Assembly: GCA_030830865.1 (NCBI GenBank)
Contig: JAURME010000090.1
Coordinates: forward strand, 1-63,278
DNA length: 63,278 nucleotides
Direction of reading: 5' to 3'
From: Candidatus Nanopelagicales bacterium
GTDB lineage: Bacteria > Actinomycetota > Actinomycetes > S36-B12
The notes under the pieces are model-generated. The model searched no databases. It was not told the origin of the DNA and saw only the letters and a program-made list of their open reading frames with translations. Position 1 is the stretch's first letter. The number at the start of each line of letters is the position of its first letter. Below, piece after piece: positions 27,173 through 38,622 of this stretch. The position numbers and the translations under genes are program-made.

Positions 27173-28864
27173 GTGGCGCCCCAGCCCACCAGCAAGCCGC
27201 TTCGGCTGCTCGTCGCCCTCGGCGTACTGATCGTCGGCCTTGCCGTCTGGGCCTTCTGGCCGGGCACCGACTCCTCCGTGCGCCTCGGTCTGGACCTGCA
27301 GGGCGGTACCCAGGTCATCCTCAAGCCGACCCCGGTGACCGAGGGTGCCTCGATCACCGAAGAGCAGCTGTCGCAGACCGTGTCGATCATCCGGCAGCGC
27401 GTCGACGGACTCGGCGTCGCAGAGGCGGACGTGACCACGCAGGGCTCCGGCGATGGGGCGGTGATCGTCGTGTCCGTCCCCGGCGTGAACCAGGATCGCG
27501 TGGTCGACCTCGTGCAGCGAACGGCCCTGCTGGACTTCCGCCCGGTGTGGGGCATCTATGCGCCGCAGGCGGCTACTCCTGCCGAGGAGAGCCCATCGGC
27601 CGACCCGTCCGCCTCGCCCGAGGCATCGGCATCACCGGATGCATCCGCTTCCTCGGAGGCGTCTGCATCTCCCGACGCGAGTCCCGAGGCGACTCCGGCA
27701 TCGAGCGCAGAGGCTGCCCCGCTGGTGCAGGCAACCGACAACTCCGCGGACTTCCAGCTGCAGGTGGCTGAACTGGACTGCACGAATCCCCTGAACTACA
27801 CCGGTGGACGCCCGGACGACCCGGAGAAGTGGCTGGGCACCTGCGACCAGACAGGCACTGCGAAGTACAACCTCCAGCCCGCGTTCATCCAGGGCACGAA
27901 TGTGACCAATGCCAATGCTGTCCTGCCGCAGAACGGCGTCGGCTGGGTCGTGTCGCTGGAATTCGACGGTGACGGTGCCTCGGCGCTCGCGTCGGCCTCG
28001 ACCGAGCTGACCGCCCTCCCGGACTGCAGCATCGGTGCGAATCCCTGCAACGCCTTCGCGATCGTCCTGGACGGTGTCGTCACATCCGCGCCCCGCTTCA
28101 ACGAGCCGATCCTCGGCGGATCCGCACAGATCGAGGGCAACTTCACGGCCCAGGAGGCGCGGGACCTCGCCAACGTCCTGAAGTACGGCGCCCTGCCGGT
28201 CACGCTCGAGCCGGTCGACATCACGACGGTCTCGCCCACGGTCGGCAACGACCAGCTCCGTGCCGGCATCATTGCCGGTCTGCTGGGCCTCCTGCTCGTG
28301 GCGATCTACCTGATCATCTACTACCGAGCGCTCGGCCTGGTGGCCGTCCTGTCGCTGGCCATCGCGGCAGTGGTGCTGTACCTGACCATCATCGTCCTGA
28401 GCAAGGTCATCGGACTGACCCTGACCCTGGCCGGCGTCGCGGGCGCCATCGTCGCCATCGGCATCACTGCCGACTCGTTCATCGTGTACTTCGAACGCAT
28501 CCGGGACGAGCTCCGTGAGGGTCGCACCCTGCGGCAGGCCTGCGACTCTGGCTGGGTCCGGGCGCGCCGAACCCTTCTTGCGGCGGACTTCGTGTCCCTG
28601 CTGGCGGCGTTGGTGCTCTACTTCCTGTCCGTCGGCAGCGTCCGCGGGTTCGCCTTCGTGCTCGGCCTCACCACGTTGATCGACGTACTCGTAGCCTTCT
28701 GGTTCACGCACCCGCTCGTGGTCATCCTGGGCCGCTCATCGTGGATGCAGCGCGGCTCGAAGTGGACCGGCCTGGACTCAGGGCGACTGGGAGTGGTGTC
28801 GCTGTCGGGTGCTCCCTCGAAGGGATCCAGACGGAACGCATCGAACACGGAGGTGTCCGCATGA
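27173..28864 (+). CDS. secD: protein translocase subunit SecD
   Basis: LGLDLQGG, the periplasmic head domain, and the C-terminal 6-TM block. Contains an S/A/P/D/E low-complexity insert. Confidence 0.95.
   Translation: MAPQPTSKPLRLLVALGVLIVGLAVWAFWPGTDSSVRLGLDLQGGTQVILKPTPVTEGASITEEQLSQTVSIIRQRVDGLGVAEADVTTQGSGDGAVIVVSVPGVNQDRVVDLVQRTALLDFRPVWGIYAPQAATPAEESPSADPSASPEASASPDASASSEASASPDASPEATPASSAEAAPLVQATDNSADFQLQVAELDCTNPLNYTGGRPDDPEKWLGTCDQTGTAKYNLQPAFIQGTNVTNANAVLPQNGVGWVVSLEFDGDGASALASASTELTALPDCSIGANPCNAFAIVLDGVVTSAPRFNEPILGGSAQIEGNFTAQEARDLANVLKYGALPVTLEPVDITTVSPTVGNDQLRAGIIAGLLGLLLVAIYLIIYYRALGLVAVLSLAIAAVVLYLTIIVLSKVIGLTLTLAGVAGAIVAIGITADSFIVYFERIRDELREGRTLRQACDSGWVRARRTLLAADFVSLLAALVLYFLSVGSVRGFAFVLGLTTLIDVLVAFWFTHPLVVILGRSSWMQRGSKWTGLDSGRLGVVSLSGAPSKGSRRNASNTEVSA
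27575..27725 (+). repeat. low-complexity coding repeat inside secD (ESPSADPSASPEASASPDASASSEASASPDASPEATPASSAEAAP)
   Basis: Degenerate gc(a/c)tc(g/c)gc motifs are visible in the DNA. Boundaries approximate. Confidence 0.6.
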
Positions 28865-29976
28865 GCAGGCTCGGTGGACTCGGACATCGTCTGTATGCCG
28901 GCGAGGTGTCGTACGACTTCGTTGACCGTCGACGCACCTGGTACGTCATTTCGGCGGTGATCCTGCTCGTCGCGATCGGTGCGCTCGTCTTCCGGGGCCT
29001 CAACTTCGGTATCGAGTTCCGTGGAGGTGCTGACTTCTCGCTTCCCAAGGCTACGTGCTCGGTCGAGGATGCCCGGGCCGTGGCCGAGAACGCCACCGGC
29101 GCCCAGGTCATCGTCACCGAGACGGCGAGCGGCACCGTGCGCGTGCAGACCGAGGAGCTCACACCGGCACAGAGCTCCGAGGTCGCGGGCACGCTGGCCG
29201 ACGCCTGCGGCATTCCCAAGGATGAGGTCAAGGTCCAGGTCGTCGGTCCCACCTGGGGTGCGGAGATATCCAGCAAGGCCCTCCAGGGACTGGTCATCTT
29301 CCTGATCCTCGTGACGATCTTCCTGTCCATCTACTTCGAATGGCGCATGGCCCTCGGCGCCCTCGTGGCACTGGCCCACGATCTCGTCATCACCGTGGGG
29401 ATCTACGCCCTGACCGGTCTGGAGGTCACACCGGCTACCGTGATCGGTCTGCTGACCATCCTCGGATACTCCTTGTATGACACCGTCGTCGTGTTCGACA
29501 AGGTCAAGGAGAACACCCGTGGCATCACGGGACAGTCCGTCATGACGTTCAGCGAGGCTGCCAATCTGGCGATCAACCAGACCCTGGTGCGATCGATCAA
29601 CACGTCGGTCGTCGCCCTGCTTCCGGTGCTGGCGATCATCGTGGTCGGTGCGGGTCTGCTGGGCGCCGGTACGCTGCTCGATCTTGCCGTGGTCCTGGCG
29701 ATCGGCATGGCGGCGGGAACCTACTCCTCCATCTTCATCGCGACCCCCTTCCTCGTCACGTTGAAGGAACGGTCGCCGGAGATGAAGGCCCTGCGGGCCC
29801 GGGTGCTGGCTCGACGCAAGGCCGGGCGTGCGCCGTCGAGCGCCTCGACAGGGTCGGTGGACCTACCGGACGGCGAGGATTCGGAATCGTCAAGCCGAAC
29901 CCCGGTCGACCCGTCGTCCGTCGGCAGTGCACCCCGACAGCAGCCGCGTCGACGGCCGCGCTCCCGACGGAAGTAG
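28861..29976 (+). CDS. secF: protein translocase subunit SecF
   Basis: Start trimmed to ATG 28861 (ATGA overlap with the secD stop). FRGLNFGIEFRGG motif and 6 TM helices. Confidence 0.95.
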   Translation: MSRLGGLGHRLYAGEVSYDFVDRRRTWYVISAVILLVAIGALVFRGLNFGIEFRGGADFSLPKATCSVEDARAVAENATGAQVIVTETASGTVRVQTEELTPAQSSEVAGTLADACGIPKDEVKVQVVGPTWGAEISSKALQGLVIFLILVTIFLSIYFEWRMALGALVALAHDLVITVGIYALTGLEVTPATVIGLLTILGYSLYDTVVVFDKVKENTRGITGQSVMTFSEAANLAINQTLVRSINTSVVALLPVLAIIVVGAGLLGAGTLLDLAVVLAIGMAAGTYSSIFIATPFLVTLKERSPEMKALRARVLARRKAGRAPSSASTGSVDLPDGEDSESSSRTPVDPSSVGSAPRQQPRRRPRSRRK

Positions 29977-30075
29977 GCAAGGCACGGCCGTGGGCCGAGC
30001 CTGTGCGTCCTGCCGCGCCGTACACTGAATGAGCGCCGCACGTGCGGGGTCTGGCCAGGGGGTCAGCAGCATGTC

Positions 30076-32361
30076 ATGGGAGTGCCGTTGGCCAAGGAGG
30101 AGTCCCTCCCGCCGGAGTCGCAGAGTGCGGCCCCGGCGCTCGCCACGCCTGACTCCAGTGGTCTGAGGAGTCGATTCGCCCGCCGGGCAGGTTCGCGGCA
30201 AGGGCGACCGGAACTCGAGCCGCTGCTCCGCACCCTCCGCAAGTACCACCCCAAGGCTGACACCCGCATGGTGGAGCGGGCCTACGAGATGGCCGCGTAT
30301 CTGCATCGGGAGCAGGTCAGGCGCTCGGGGGAGCCGTACATCACGCATCCGCTCGCCGTCGCGACCATTCTGGCTGAATTCGGCATGACCGACTCCACGC
30401 TTGCGGCGGCACTGCTCCATGACACCGTCGAAGACTGCGGATATGCACTGGATGCCCTTCGCGAGGACTTCGGCGACGAGATCGCCCAGTTGGTCGACGG
30501 CGTCACCAAGCTCGACAACGTCCGCTACGGGGAGGCCTCGGCGGCCGAGACGGTGCGCAAGATGGTCGTCGCCATGGCGCGCGACATCAGGGTGCTCGTC
30601 ATCAAACTCGCCGATCGCCTCCACAACATGCGCACCCTTCGGTATATGTCCGAGGACAAGCAGCAGGTCAAGGCCCGGGAGACGCTGGAGATCTACGCGC
30701 CGCTCGCCCATCGGCTGGGGATGAACGCAATCAAATGGGAGCTGGAGGATCTGTCCTTCGCGACCCTGTACCCGAAGATGTACGACGAGATCGTGCGCCT
30801 CGTCGGCCAGCGGGCGCCGTCTCGTGACCAGTACCTGACGCGCACCCTCGCCCAGATCGAGTCAGACCTCAAGGAGGCGAAGGTCAAGGCCACGGTCACC
30901 GGGCGGCCCAAGCACTACTACTCCGTGTACCAGAAGATGATCGTGCGCGGTCGTGACTTCGCGGACATCTACGACCTCGTCGGCGTGCGCATCCTGGTGG
31001 ACTCGGTGCGCGACTGCTACGCGGCGCTGGGCATCGTGCACTCGAAGTGGAGCCCGGTACCCGGACGTTTCAAGGACTTCATCGCGATGCCGAAGTTCAA
31101 CATGTACCAGTCGCTTCACACCACGGTGATCGGCCCGGAGGGCAAGCCGGTGGAGCTCCAGATTCGCACCCACGACATGCACCGCGCCGCGGAGTATGGT
31201 GTCGCCGCCCACTGGCGCTACAAGCAGGGCTCCCAGTCCAAGGACCGGCCGGATGACTTCGCCTGGCTGCGACAGCTCGTCGATTGGCAGCGGGAGACGG
31301 AGGACCCGGGAGAGTTCCTCGACTCCCTGCGGTATGACCTCGGATCTTCTGAGGTGTTCGTCTTCACTCCCAAAGGCGACGTCATCGCTCTTGCGTCGAA
31401 GTCCACGCCTGTGGACTTCGCGTACTCGGTTCACACTGAGGTGGGGCACAGATGCGTGGGTGCCCGGGTCAACGGGAAGTTGGTGGCTCTCGACTCGACG
31501 CTGGAGAACGGCGACGTTGTCGAGATCTTCACGTCCAAGGCCGAGGGTGCCGGACCAAGCCGTGACTGGCTCGACTTCGTCGAGTCGGGTCGAGCACGGT
31601 CGAAGATCAAGGCGTGGTTCCACAAGGAGCGGCGAGACGAGGCCATCGACCACGGCAAGGACCTCATCGTGCGTGCCATGCGCAAGCAGGGCCTGCCCCT
31701 GCAGCGCATGATGACCAACCAGGCGATGAGCGCGATCGCCGTCGACCTGCATCAGCAGGACATCTCGGCACTGTACGCGTCCGTCGGAGAGGGAAGAATC
31801 TCGGCCGAGACGATCGTCAAGCGTCTCGTGGACTCCGCCGGGGGGGTCGACCAGGCGGCTGACGACGTCGCCGAGACGGTGAGCCCGACATCCCTGCATC
31901 GTCGTCAGCGGACGTCCGGCGATGTCGGCGTCATCGTCAAGGGCACCGATGACATCTGGGTCAAGCTCGCGAAGTGCTGCACCCCCGTGCCGGGAGACGA
32001 GATCCTCGGTTTCGTCACCAGAGGAGCGGGGGTGTCTGTGCACCGTGCCGACTGCGTGAACGTTCCCGGGCTCAAGGCCGAGCCCGAGCGGCTTGTCGAG
32101 GTCGAGTGGGCACCGACGTCGAACAGCGTGTACCTCGTGAACATCCAGGTGGAGGCCTTGGATCGGGCCCGCCTGCTCTCCGACGTCACCAGGGCCCTGT
32201 CCGACACGCACGTGAACATCCTCAGCGCGGCCGTGACGACCAGTCGCGAGCGGATCGCGATGTCGCGCTTCACCTTCGAGATGGCCGACCCCAAGCATCT
32301 GGGCTCCGTGCTGAAGGCCGTGCGTCAGGTCGAAGGTGTGTACGACGCCTACCGCGTCTGA
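30076..32361 (+). CDS. relA: bifunctional (p)ppGpp synthetase/hydrolase RelA/SpoT homologue
   Basis: HD domain (HPLAVA..LHDTVED), synthetase domain (YRSLHTTV-like), TGS domain and C-terminal ACT domain. 761 aa. Confidence 0.95.
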   Translation: MGVPLAKEESLPPESQSAAPALATPDSSGLRSRFARRAGSRQGRPELEPLLRTLRKYHPKADTRMVERAYEMAAYLHREQVRRSGEPYITHPLAVATILAEFGMTDSTLAAALLHDTVEDCGYALDALREDFGDEIAQLVDGVTKLDNVRYGEASAAETVRKMVVAMARDIRVLVIKLADRLHNMRTLRYMSEDKQQVKARETLEIYAPLAHRLGMNAIKWELEDLSFATLYPKMYDEIVRLVGQRAPSRDQYLTRTLAQIESDLKEAKVKATVTGRPKHYYSVYQKMIVRGRDFADIYDLVGVRILVDSVRDCYAALGIVHSKWSPVPGRFKDFIAMPKFNMYQSLHTTVIGPEGKPVELQIRTHDMHRAAEYGVAAHWRYKQGSQSKDRPDDFAWLRQLVDWQRETEDPGEFLDSLRYDLGSSEVFVFTPKGDVIALASKSTPVDFAYSVHTEVGHRCVGARVNGKLVALDSTLENGDVVEIFTSKAEGAGPSRDWLDFVESGRARSKIKAWFHKERRDEAIDHGKDLIVRAMRKQGLPLQRMMTNQAMSAIAVDLHQQDISALYASVGEGRISAETIVKRLVDSAGGVDQAADDVAETVSPTSLHRRQRTSGDVGVIVKGTDDIWVKLAKCCTPVPGDEILGFVTRGAGVSVHRADCVNVPGLKAEPERLVEVEWAPTSNSVYLVNIQVEALDRARLLSDVTRALSDTHVNILSAAVTTSRERIAMSRFTFEMADPKHLGSVLKAVRQVEGVYDAYRV

Positions 32362-32397
32362 GGGGTACTGCCGCCGCGAGACCGGTGTCCGGACGGG

Positions 32398-33717
32398 CTA
32401 CTTGCCCATCAGTGCCCGGGTCGATGCGATCTGCTGCTCCAGGTCGGCCGCAGCCTTGGCATCGCCGCGTGCGGCGGCTGCATCGCGTTTGGCCTCGAGA
32501 CGCTGAAGTGCCTCGGTGAAGGCATCGGTGGCCACGGTGCCGGTGCTGGCCTTCCAGGCGGCTTCCTCTTGGGAGCGGATCGCGTCCTCGACCTTCTTCA
32601 GGCGTGACTCCAGTCGGGACCGCTCCTTTCCGGGCACGTCGCCGGCCCGATCCCAGCGATCCTGGATGCCGCGCAGGGCCTTCTTCGCCGCACCGAGTTC
32701 GGTGACCGGGAGAAGGGCCTCTGCCTCGACGACGAGAGCCTCCTTGACCTCGACGTTGGGGAGAAGGGCCTTCTCGGCAGCCTCCTGCTCAGCGTTGCGA
32801 GCGGCATAGAAGGCGTCCTGAGCCGCCTTGAAGCGCTTCCAGAGCCTGTCCTCGTCACTGCGAGAGGCCCGGGGCATCCGCTTCCAGTCCTCGAGGAGGT
32901 CCCGAAGTTCCTTCGAGGTGCGCTGCCAGTCGGTCGAGGCGGCAAGGGCCTCGGCCTTGGCGATGAGGTCGCGCTTACGCCCGATCGTCTCCTTGCGCTG
33001 GGAGTCCAGCTCGCTGAAGTGCTGTCGACGTCGCTTGTCGAAGGACGTCCGGGCGGCGCTGATGCGCTTCCAGAGCTCCTGCTCGACCGACCGGTCGCCC
33101 CGGGGGAGGACCTTCCACTCCTCCACGATGGCCGCATAGCGCTCGGTGGTGGTCTTCCATGATGTGGAGGCCTGCAGGGACTCGGCCTCCTCGGCGAGGA
33201 CCCGTCGCTGGACAAGCACGGCCTCGCGCTCCGCCGCCTTCCGCTCCCTTGCCTGTTCGCGTGCCACCCCAGCAGCGGTGGCCAGTGCTTCGCACTTCGC
33301 CTCTAGGGCAGCGATGTCGCCGACGAACGATCGGGCGGCGATGGCCTCCCGCACCTTGGTCACGACGCCGTCGGCCTGCTCACCGGATGTCTTGCCGTCG
33401 GCGAGACGAGCGGTGATGAGGTCGACCTCGACGACGAGGTCGTCGTACTTGCGACCGAAGAACGCAAGGCCCTCGGCCGGCTCACCGGCGGCCCACTGGC
33501 CGACGATCACCTCACCGTCAGGGGTACGCAGGTACACGTTCCCGTCGTCGTCGACGCGCCCGAACTGCGAGGGATCACTCGCCGGCGGTGCCGCGGGGGC
33601 CGACGGCGCGGGGGCGCCGGCCAACGATGAGGGGGTCGGCGGTCGCAGTGCCGCGGGAGTGGGCACAGCCTCGTCGGCCATCATCATCCTGCTTTCGTCG
33701 GGGTCACCGTCATGCAC
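32398..33717 (-). CDS. DUF349 repeat protein
   Basis: Repeated helical units of the W...............LW.RF type, e.g. WKRMPRASRSDEDRLWKRFKAAQDAF. Start uncertain. Confidence 0.7.
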   Translation of the reverse strand: MHDGDPDESRMMMADEAVPTPAALRPPTPSSLAGAPAPSAPAAPPASDPSQFGRVDDDGNVYLRTPDGEVIVGQWAAGEPAEGLAFFGRKYDDLVVEVDLITARLADGKTSGEQADGVVTKVREAIAARSFVGDIAALEAKCEALATAAGVAREQARERKAAEREAVLVQRRVLAEEAESLQASTSWKTTTERYAAIVEEWKVLPRGDRSVEQELWKRISAARTSFDKRRRQHFSELDSQRKETIGRKRDLIAKAEALAASTDWQRTSKELRDLLEDWKRMPRASRSDEDRLWKRFKAAQDAFYAARNAEQEAAEKALLPNVEVKEALVVEAEALLPVTELGAAKKALRGIQDRWDRAGDVPGKERSRLESRLKKVEDAIRSQEEAAWKASTGTVATDAFTEALQRLEAKRDAAAARGDAKAAADLEQQIASTRALMGK

Positions 33718-33768
33718 ACGCCTTGGAGTGCGCTCTACAGCCTAACGGGCCGCATGGTGCGGTATCTG

Positions 33769-34599
33769 TCACGAACGCTGCACTGTTGCCGTTTCGATAA
33801 CCATCGGCTGTCGCGGCGCGCCGTCGGAGGAGCCATCCACCGTGCCCACGGATGCGACCTCCTGCACCAGGTCGAGACCGGATGTCACCGTGCCCCAGAT
33901 CGTGTAGTCGCCCGGCAGAGTGGTGTCGTCGTAGACGATGAAGAACTGCGAACCAGCGGTTCCGGGTCCGGCGTTCGCCATGGCCACGGTGCCGGCCGGG
34001 TAGTTGGCCTCTCCCGCGGCGGGAAGGTTCTCGTCGGGAACCGTGTAGCCCGGACCGCCCGTTCCGTTGCCTGCAGGGTCTCCGCACTGAAGTACGTAGA
34101 TGCCCTCCGTGGTGAGGCGATGGCACTGGGTGGCGTCGTAGAAGCCCGACTCGGCGAGGAAGGTCTCACTGGCAACGGTCACCGGTGCAGCCGGGTCAAG
34201 GGTGATCACGATGTCACCGCAGGTGGTGGTCAGGGTGATGGTGTCGGCCGGGGCCGCCTCTCCCGGAGCGTCATAGGTGATGTCGTCAGCACGCGGAGTG
34301 ATCGCCGGGCCGCAGTCGAGCACCGCCGGCTCCTCGATGGGCTCCGCGGAGCGGTCAGTCGAGACGTCGGCAGCAGAGTCAGCAGAAGTCTGTGCCGAAG
34401 CGTCCGCGACGGGTACCTCTTCGCCTCCGGTCACGCTCACGATGGCGTAGGCCAGGGCGCCCACAACGAGCACGGCGATGACCACGATGGCGGTGATCCG
34501 CTGGTGTCGTCGGCGCCGCACCTCGGTCTCGGCACGTCGAGTCTGCTGCCGTTCGTACTTGGCGCGCGCGAGTTCCCGCTGACGCTTGCTGCCGGACAT
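33769..34599 (-). CDS. ppiB: membrane-anchored cyclophilin-type peptidyl-prolyl isomerase
   Basis: N-terminal TM anchor. GTGGPGY, AMANAGPGT.GSQFFIV and WGTV cyclophilin motifs. Confidence 0.85.
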   Translation of the reverse strand: MSGSKRQRELARAKYERQQTRRAETEVRRRRHQRITAIVVIAVLVVGALAYAIVSVTGGEEVPVADASAQTSADSAADVSTDRSAEPIEEPAVLDCGPAITPRADDITYDAPGEAAPADTITLTTTCGDIVITLDPAAPVTVASETFLAESGFYDATQCHRLTTEGIYVLQCGDPAGNGTGGPGYTVPDENLPAAGEANYPAGTVAMANAGPGTAGSQFFIVYDDTTLPGDYTIWGTVTSGLDLVQEVASVGTVDGSSDGAPRQPMVIETATVQRS

Positions 34600-34793
34600 C
34601 CGGACCCCTGACTGTCTGCTCGTCGTGATGTGGCTGCGGGGAGTCTACGTCCCGCCACTCCTGCGCACGGGGCGGGCGCGGCGACGGGGGAGACGGGGCC
34701 CCTCCCGTGCTCGGTAGGCTGAGGGGCTGCGGGCGCCCGCGGTCACCATTGGCGCGCTCCCATCGGATCGGTTCGCCAAGGAGAGGGTGTCAC

Positions 34794-35492
34794 GTGCTCA
34801 TCGCCGGGTTCCCTGCGGGTTCGTGGGCCACGAACTGCTTCGTGATGGCCGCCGGACCCGGGGAGCCGTGCCTCATCGTCGATCCGGGGCAGGAGTCCAT
34901 CGACGGCGTGCACGAGATCCTGCGAGAGCATCGACTCCATCCCGCCGCTGTCCTCCTGACCCACGGCCATATCGATCACGTCTGGTCCGTGGCCCCCCTG
35001 ACGTCCGAGTTCGAGGTGCCGGCGCTCATCCACGGTGATGACCGATACCGGCTCGAGGATCCAGCCGGCAGTTCGTTCACGGCCGCGCGCGAGCAGCTGT
35101 TGGCCATGACGAAAAACACCCTCGAGCTCACCGAACCGAGCGACGTGCGGCTCTTCGCCGATGGCGAGAAGCTCGACATCGCAGGGCTCGAACTGACCGT
35201 CCGTCATGCTCCGGGCCACACCGAGGGGTCATCGGTGTTCCTCACCGACGAGATCATGGTGAGCGGCGACCTGCTGTTCGCGGGGTCGATCGGTCGCACG
35301 GACCTGCCCGGTGGGGACCACTCGGCCATGCTCGAGTCGCTGCGTCGCCTTGTGCTTCCCGCTGATGACGAGCTCATCGTCCTCCCAGGGCACGGACCCC
35401 AGACGACCATCGGCCAGGAGCGTGCGAGCAACCCCTTCCTTCGGCCGCTGATCGAGGGTCTCGACACCCCCGCCAACACCAGGGGGCTCTGA
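34794..35492 (+). CDS. MBL-fold metallo-hydrolase (glyoxalase II-like)
   Basis: GTG 34794 after AAGGAGAGGG. THGHIDH motif. LPGHGPQTT. Confidence 0.85.
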   Translation: MLIAGFPAGSWATNCFVMAAGPGEPCLIVDPGQESIDGVHEILREHRLHPAAVLLTHGHIDHVWSVAPLTSEFEVPALIHGDDRYRLEDPAGSSFTAAREQLLAMTKNTLELTEPSDVRLFADGEKLDIAGLELTVRHAPGHTEGSSVFLTDEIMVSGDLLFAGSIGRTDLPGGDHSAMLESLRRLVLPADDELIVLPGHGPQTTIGQERASNPFLRPLIEGLDTPANTRGL

Positions 35493-35493
35493 C

Positions 35494-36846
35494 ATGGCGA
35501 AGATTCAGCGGCTGTCCGGATTCCCTGAGTGGCTGCCGGAGGGGCAGGTTGTCCAGACCTTGGTCGAGGACACGGCTCGTCGCGTGTTCGAACTCCACGG
35601 GTTCAGCGGCATCGAAACTCGGGCGGTCGAGCCGTTGGAGCACATGCTGCGCAAGGGGGAGATCGACAAGGAGGTCTACGTCCTGCGCCGACTCCAGGCC
35701 GATGGGGAGGATCCGGACGCCGGACTGGGCCTGCACTTCGACCTGACAGTCCCGTTCGCCCGATACGTGCTGGAGCACGCCGGGCACCTGGAGTTCCCCT
35801 TCAAGCGCTACCAGATCCAGAAGGTGTGGCGCGGTGAGCGCCCGCAAGAGGGGCGCTTCCGCGAGTTCACGCAGGCCGACATCGACGTCGTCGGCCGCGA
35901 CACGCTGTCCTTCCACCACGAGGTGGAGATGGCTGTCGTCATGTCCCAGCTACTCGCCGAGCTGCCGATCCCGCCGGCCGTGATCCAGGTGAACAACCGC
36001 AAGCTCGCCGAGGGCTTCTACCGGGGCGTGGGCGCCAGCGACACCGCTGCTGTCCTTCGGGTGATCGACAAGCTCGACAAGGTCGGCCCCGAGGTGGTCC
36101 TGCGTCTGCTCGTCGAGGAGGTCGGGCTGTCACCCGAGGGTGCACAGAGGTGTCTGGACCTCGCGCAGATCCGGACCGCCGGTACGGAGTTCGTCGACCA
36201 GGTGCGAGCCCTCGATGTCTCCGACCCGCTGCTGGACGAGGGTCTCGAGGAGCTGGCGGCGGTCGTGGCTGGCGTCAACGCCCGTCGGCCCGGGGCGGTG
36301 GTCGCGGACCTGCGCATTGCACGCGGACTCGACTATTACACCGGCACCGTGTATGAGACCCAGTTGCTCGGCCACGAGTCGGTGGGCTCCATCGCATCCG
36401 GTGGGCGCTACGACTCGCTGGCCAGTGACGGCAGGCAGACCTTCCCGGGTGTCGGCATCTCCCTCGGCGTGACGCGGCTCGTCTCGATCCTGCTGGGATC
36501 CGGACTGGTGGAGGTCAGTCGCTCGGTTCCGTCCGTGGTCCTCGTCGCAGTCGTCGACGAGGAGGCCCGGTCGGCCAGCGAGCAGGTGGCCGACGCCCTG
36601 CGTGCTCGAGGTATCGCGTGCGAGGTCGCGCCGAAGGCGGACAAGTTCGGCAAGCAGATCAGGTACGCCGACCGGCGCGGGATCCCGTTCGTCTGGTTCC
36701 CGGACCCTGAGGGCGACAGCGTCAAGGACATCCGTTCCGGTGACCAGATCGCGGCCGATGCGGCGTCCTGGGCTCCACTAGCCGAAGATCTGCACTCGAA
36801 CGTTCGACCATCAGCAGACCACACCAGCCAGGAGGCACGTCCGTGA
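35494..36846 (+). CDS. hisS: histidine--tRNA ligase
   Basis: Class II motifs: [28 protein letters not shown], and the C-terminal anticodon-binding domain. Confidence 0.95.
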   Translation: MAKIQRLSGFPEWLPEGQVVQTLVEDTARRVFELHGFSGIETRAVEPLEHMLRKGEIDKEVYVLRRLQADGEDPDAGLGLHFDLTVPFARYVLEHAGHLEFPFKRYQIQKVWRGERPQEGRFREFTQADIDVVGRDTLSFHHEVEMAVVMSQLLAELPIPPAVIQVNNRKLAEGFYRGVGASDTAAVLRVIDKLDKVGPEVVLRLLVEEVGLSPEGAQRCLDLAQIRTAGTEFVDQVRALDVSDPLLDEGLEELAAVVAGVNARRPGAVVADLRIARGLDYYTGTVYETQLLGHESVGSIASGGRYDSLASDGRQTFPGVGISLGVTRLVSILLGSGLVEVSRSVPSVVLVAVVDEEARSASEQVADALRARGIACEVAPKADKFGKQIRYADRRGIPFVWFPDPEGDSVKDIRSGDQIAADAASWAPLAEDLHSNVRPSADHTSQEARP

Positions 36847-38606
36847 TCCGTACCCACAACGCCGGCTCGCTCCGTGCAGCTGATGCCGGACAGCAGGTGA
36901 CCCTCGCCGGCTGGGTGGCCACGCGGCGGGACCACGGAGGCGTGGCGTTCCTCGACTTGCGTGATGCCAGCGGCGTCGTCCAGGTCGTTGTCCGTGAAGC
37001 CGCCGTCGCGCACGGTCTGCGGGACGAGTACTGCATCAAGGTCGTCGGCACCGTCGAACTGCGACCGGAGGGAAATGAGAACCCCGATCTGCCCACGGGT
37101 GCCATCGAGGTGATGGCGGACGACCTGGAGATCCTGTCGACTGCGGCGCCGCTGCCATTCCCGATCGACGATCGCATCAACGTCGGTGAGGAGGTACGCC
37201 TGCGGCACCGCTACCTGGACCTGCGTCGCAAGACCGCCGGTGATGCGATCCGCATGCGATCCAAGGTCAACCAGGTATGTCGTGACGTCCTCCTCGATCG
37301 TGACTTCCTCGAGATCGAGACGCCGACCCTCACCAGGTCGACGCCCGAGGGCGCCCGTGATTTCCTGGTGCCTGTGCGCCTGCAGCCGGGGCACTGGTAC
37401 GCGCTTCCGCAGTCTCCGCAGCTGTTCAAGCAGCTCCTGATGGTCGCGGGCATGGAGCGCTACTTCCAGATCGCTCGCTGCTACCGCGACGAGGACTTCC
37501 GCGGAGATCGCCAGCCGGAGTTCACCCAGCTCGACATCGAGATGTCCTTCGTCGAGCAGGACGATGTCATCGAGGTGGGGGAGGCGGTGGTGCGTGCCTT
37601 GTGGCACGAGGTGCTGGGTCACGACATCGGCGAGGTCCCGCATATGGCGTACTGGGAGGCCATGCGGCGCTTCGGCAGTGACAAGCCCGATCTGCGCTTC
37701 GGCCTTGAGCTCGTCGAACTCACCGACTACTTCAAGGACACCCCCTTCCGTGTCTTCCAGGCCGACTACGTCGGCGCTGTCGTGATGCCCGGGGGCGCTG
37801 ACCAGCCGCGCCGGCAGTTCGACGCCTGGCAGGAATGGGCCAAGCAGCGAGGCGCCCGTGGTCTCGCCTACGTCACCGTGGCCGAGGACGGCACCCTGGG
37901 CGGTCCGGTCGCGAAGAACCTCAGCGACGTCGAGCGCGACGGCCTGGTCGAGGCTGTCGGCGCCCAGGCGGGTGATGCGGTGTTCTTTGCTGCGGGCCGC
38001 GCGAGTGACGCACGGGCCCTGCTGGGTGCCGCGCGGCTGGAGATCGGGCATCGGCTCGGGCTCATCGACGAATCCGCATGGTCCTTCGTGTGGGTGGTCG
38101 ACGCCCCGATGTTCGAGGAGATCGTCGAGGACGGGGTCGCGCTGGGTTGGACCGCCGTGCACCACCCCTTCACGTCGCCCACTGACGAGTGGATCGAACG
38201 CATCGAGGAGTCTCCCGGCCAGGTGCTCGCCTGAGCTTACGACCTCGTGTGCAACGGCAACGAGATCGGCGGAGGTTCCATCCGTATTCACCGCAGCGAT
38301 GTCCAGCAGCGGGTGTTCGCGATGCTCGGTCTGTCCGAGGAGGAGCAGCAGGAGAAGTTCGGCTTCCTGCTCGACGCGTTCCACTACGGACCCCCTCCTC
38401 ATGGCGGCATCGCCTACGGTCTCGATCGCATCTGCATGCTTCTCGCCGGCGCTCCGTCGATCCGCGACGTCATCGCCTTCCCGAAGACCGGTGCCGGTCA
38501 CGATCCGCTGACTGCGGCTCCGACCCCGATCACCGCCCAGCAACGCAAGGAGGCGGGCATCGATGCCGTTCCCGAGGAGAAGTCCGCATCAGGTTCGGCC
38601 GACTGA
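36843..38606 (+). CDS. aspS: aspartate--tRNA ligase, full length (587 codons) but interrupted by one in-frame TGA at 38232-38234
   Basis: ORFs 36843..38234 and 38247..38606 are in the same frame. The junction reads ...[30 protein letters not shown]... Both halves are intact AspRS sequence ([31 protein letters not shown]). Annotation pipelines would flag this as an internal stop. Confidence 0.9.
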
Positions 38607-38622
38607 CCCGTTCCTTCGCTGG

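Noticed and set aside
29977-30075. Absence of apt between secF and relA (present there in mycobacteria as I recall).
   Set aside because: A simple lineage-specific gene-order difference. There is nothing in the 99-bp spacer to suggest a remnant or novelty.
38232-38234. The aspS TGA as selenocysteine, or as evidence of genome-wide UGA reassignment.
   Set aside because: Many neighbouring genes (thrS, ruvA, secD, hisS, pdxS and others) terminate at TGA exactly where homologues end, so UGA is a normal stop here. The site aligns with a variable, non-catalytic residue. I saw no obvious stem-loop immediately downstream and no sel genes in the window.
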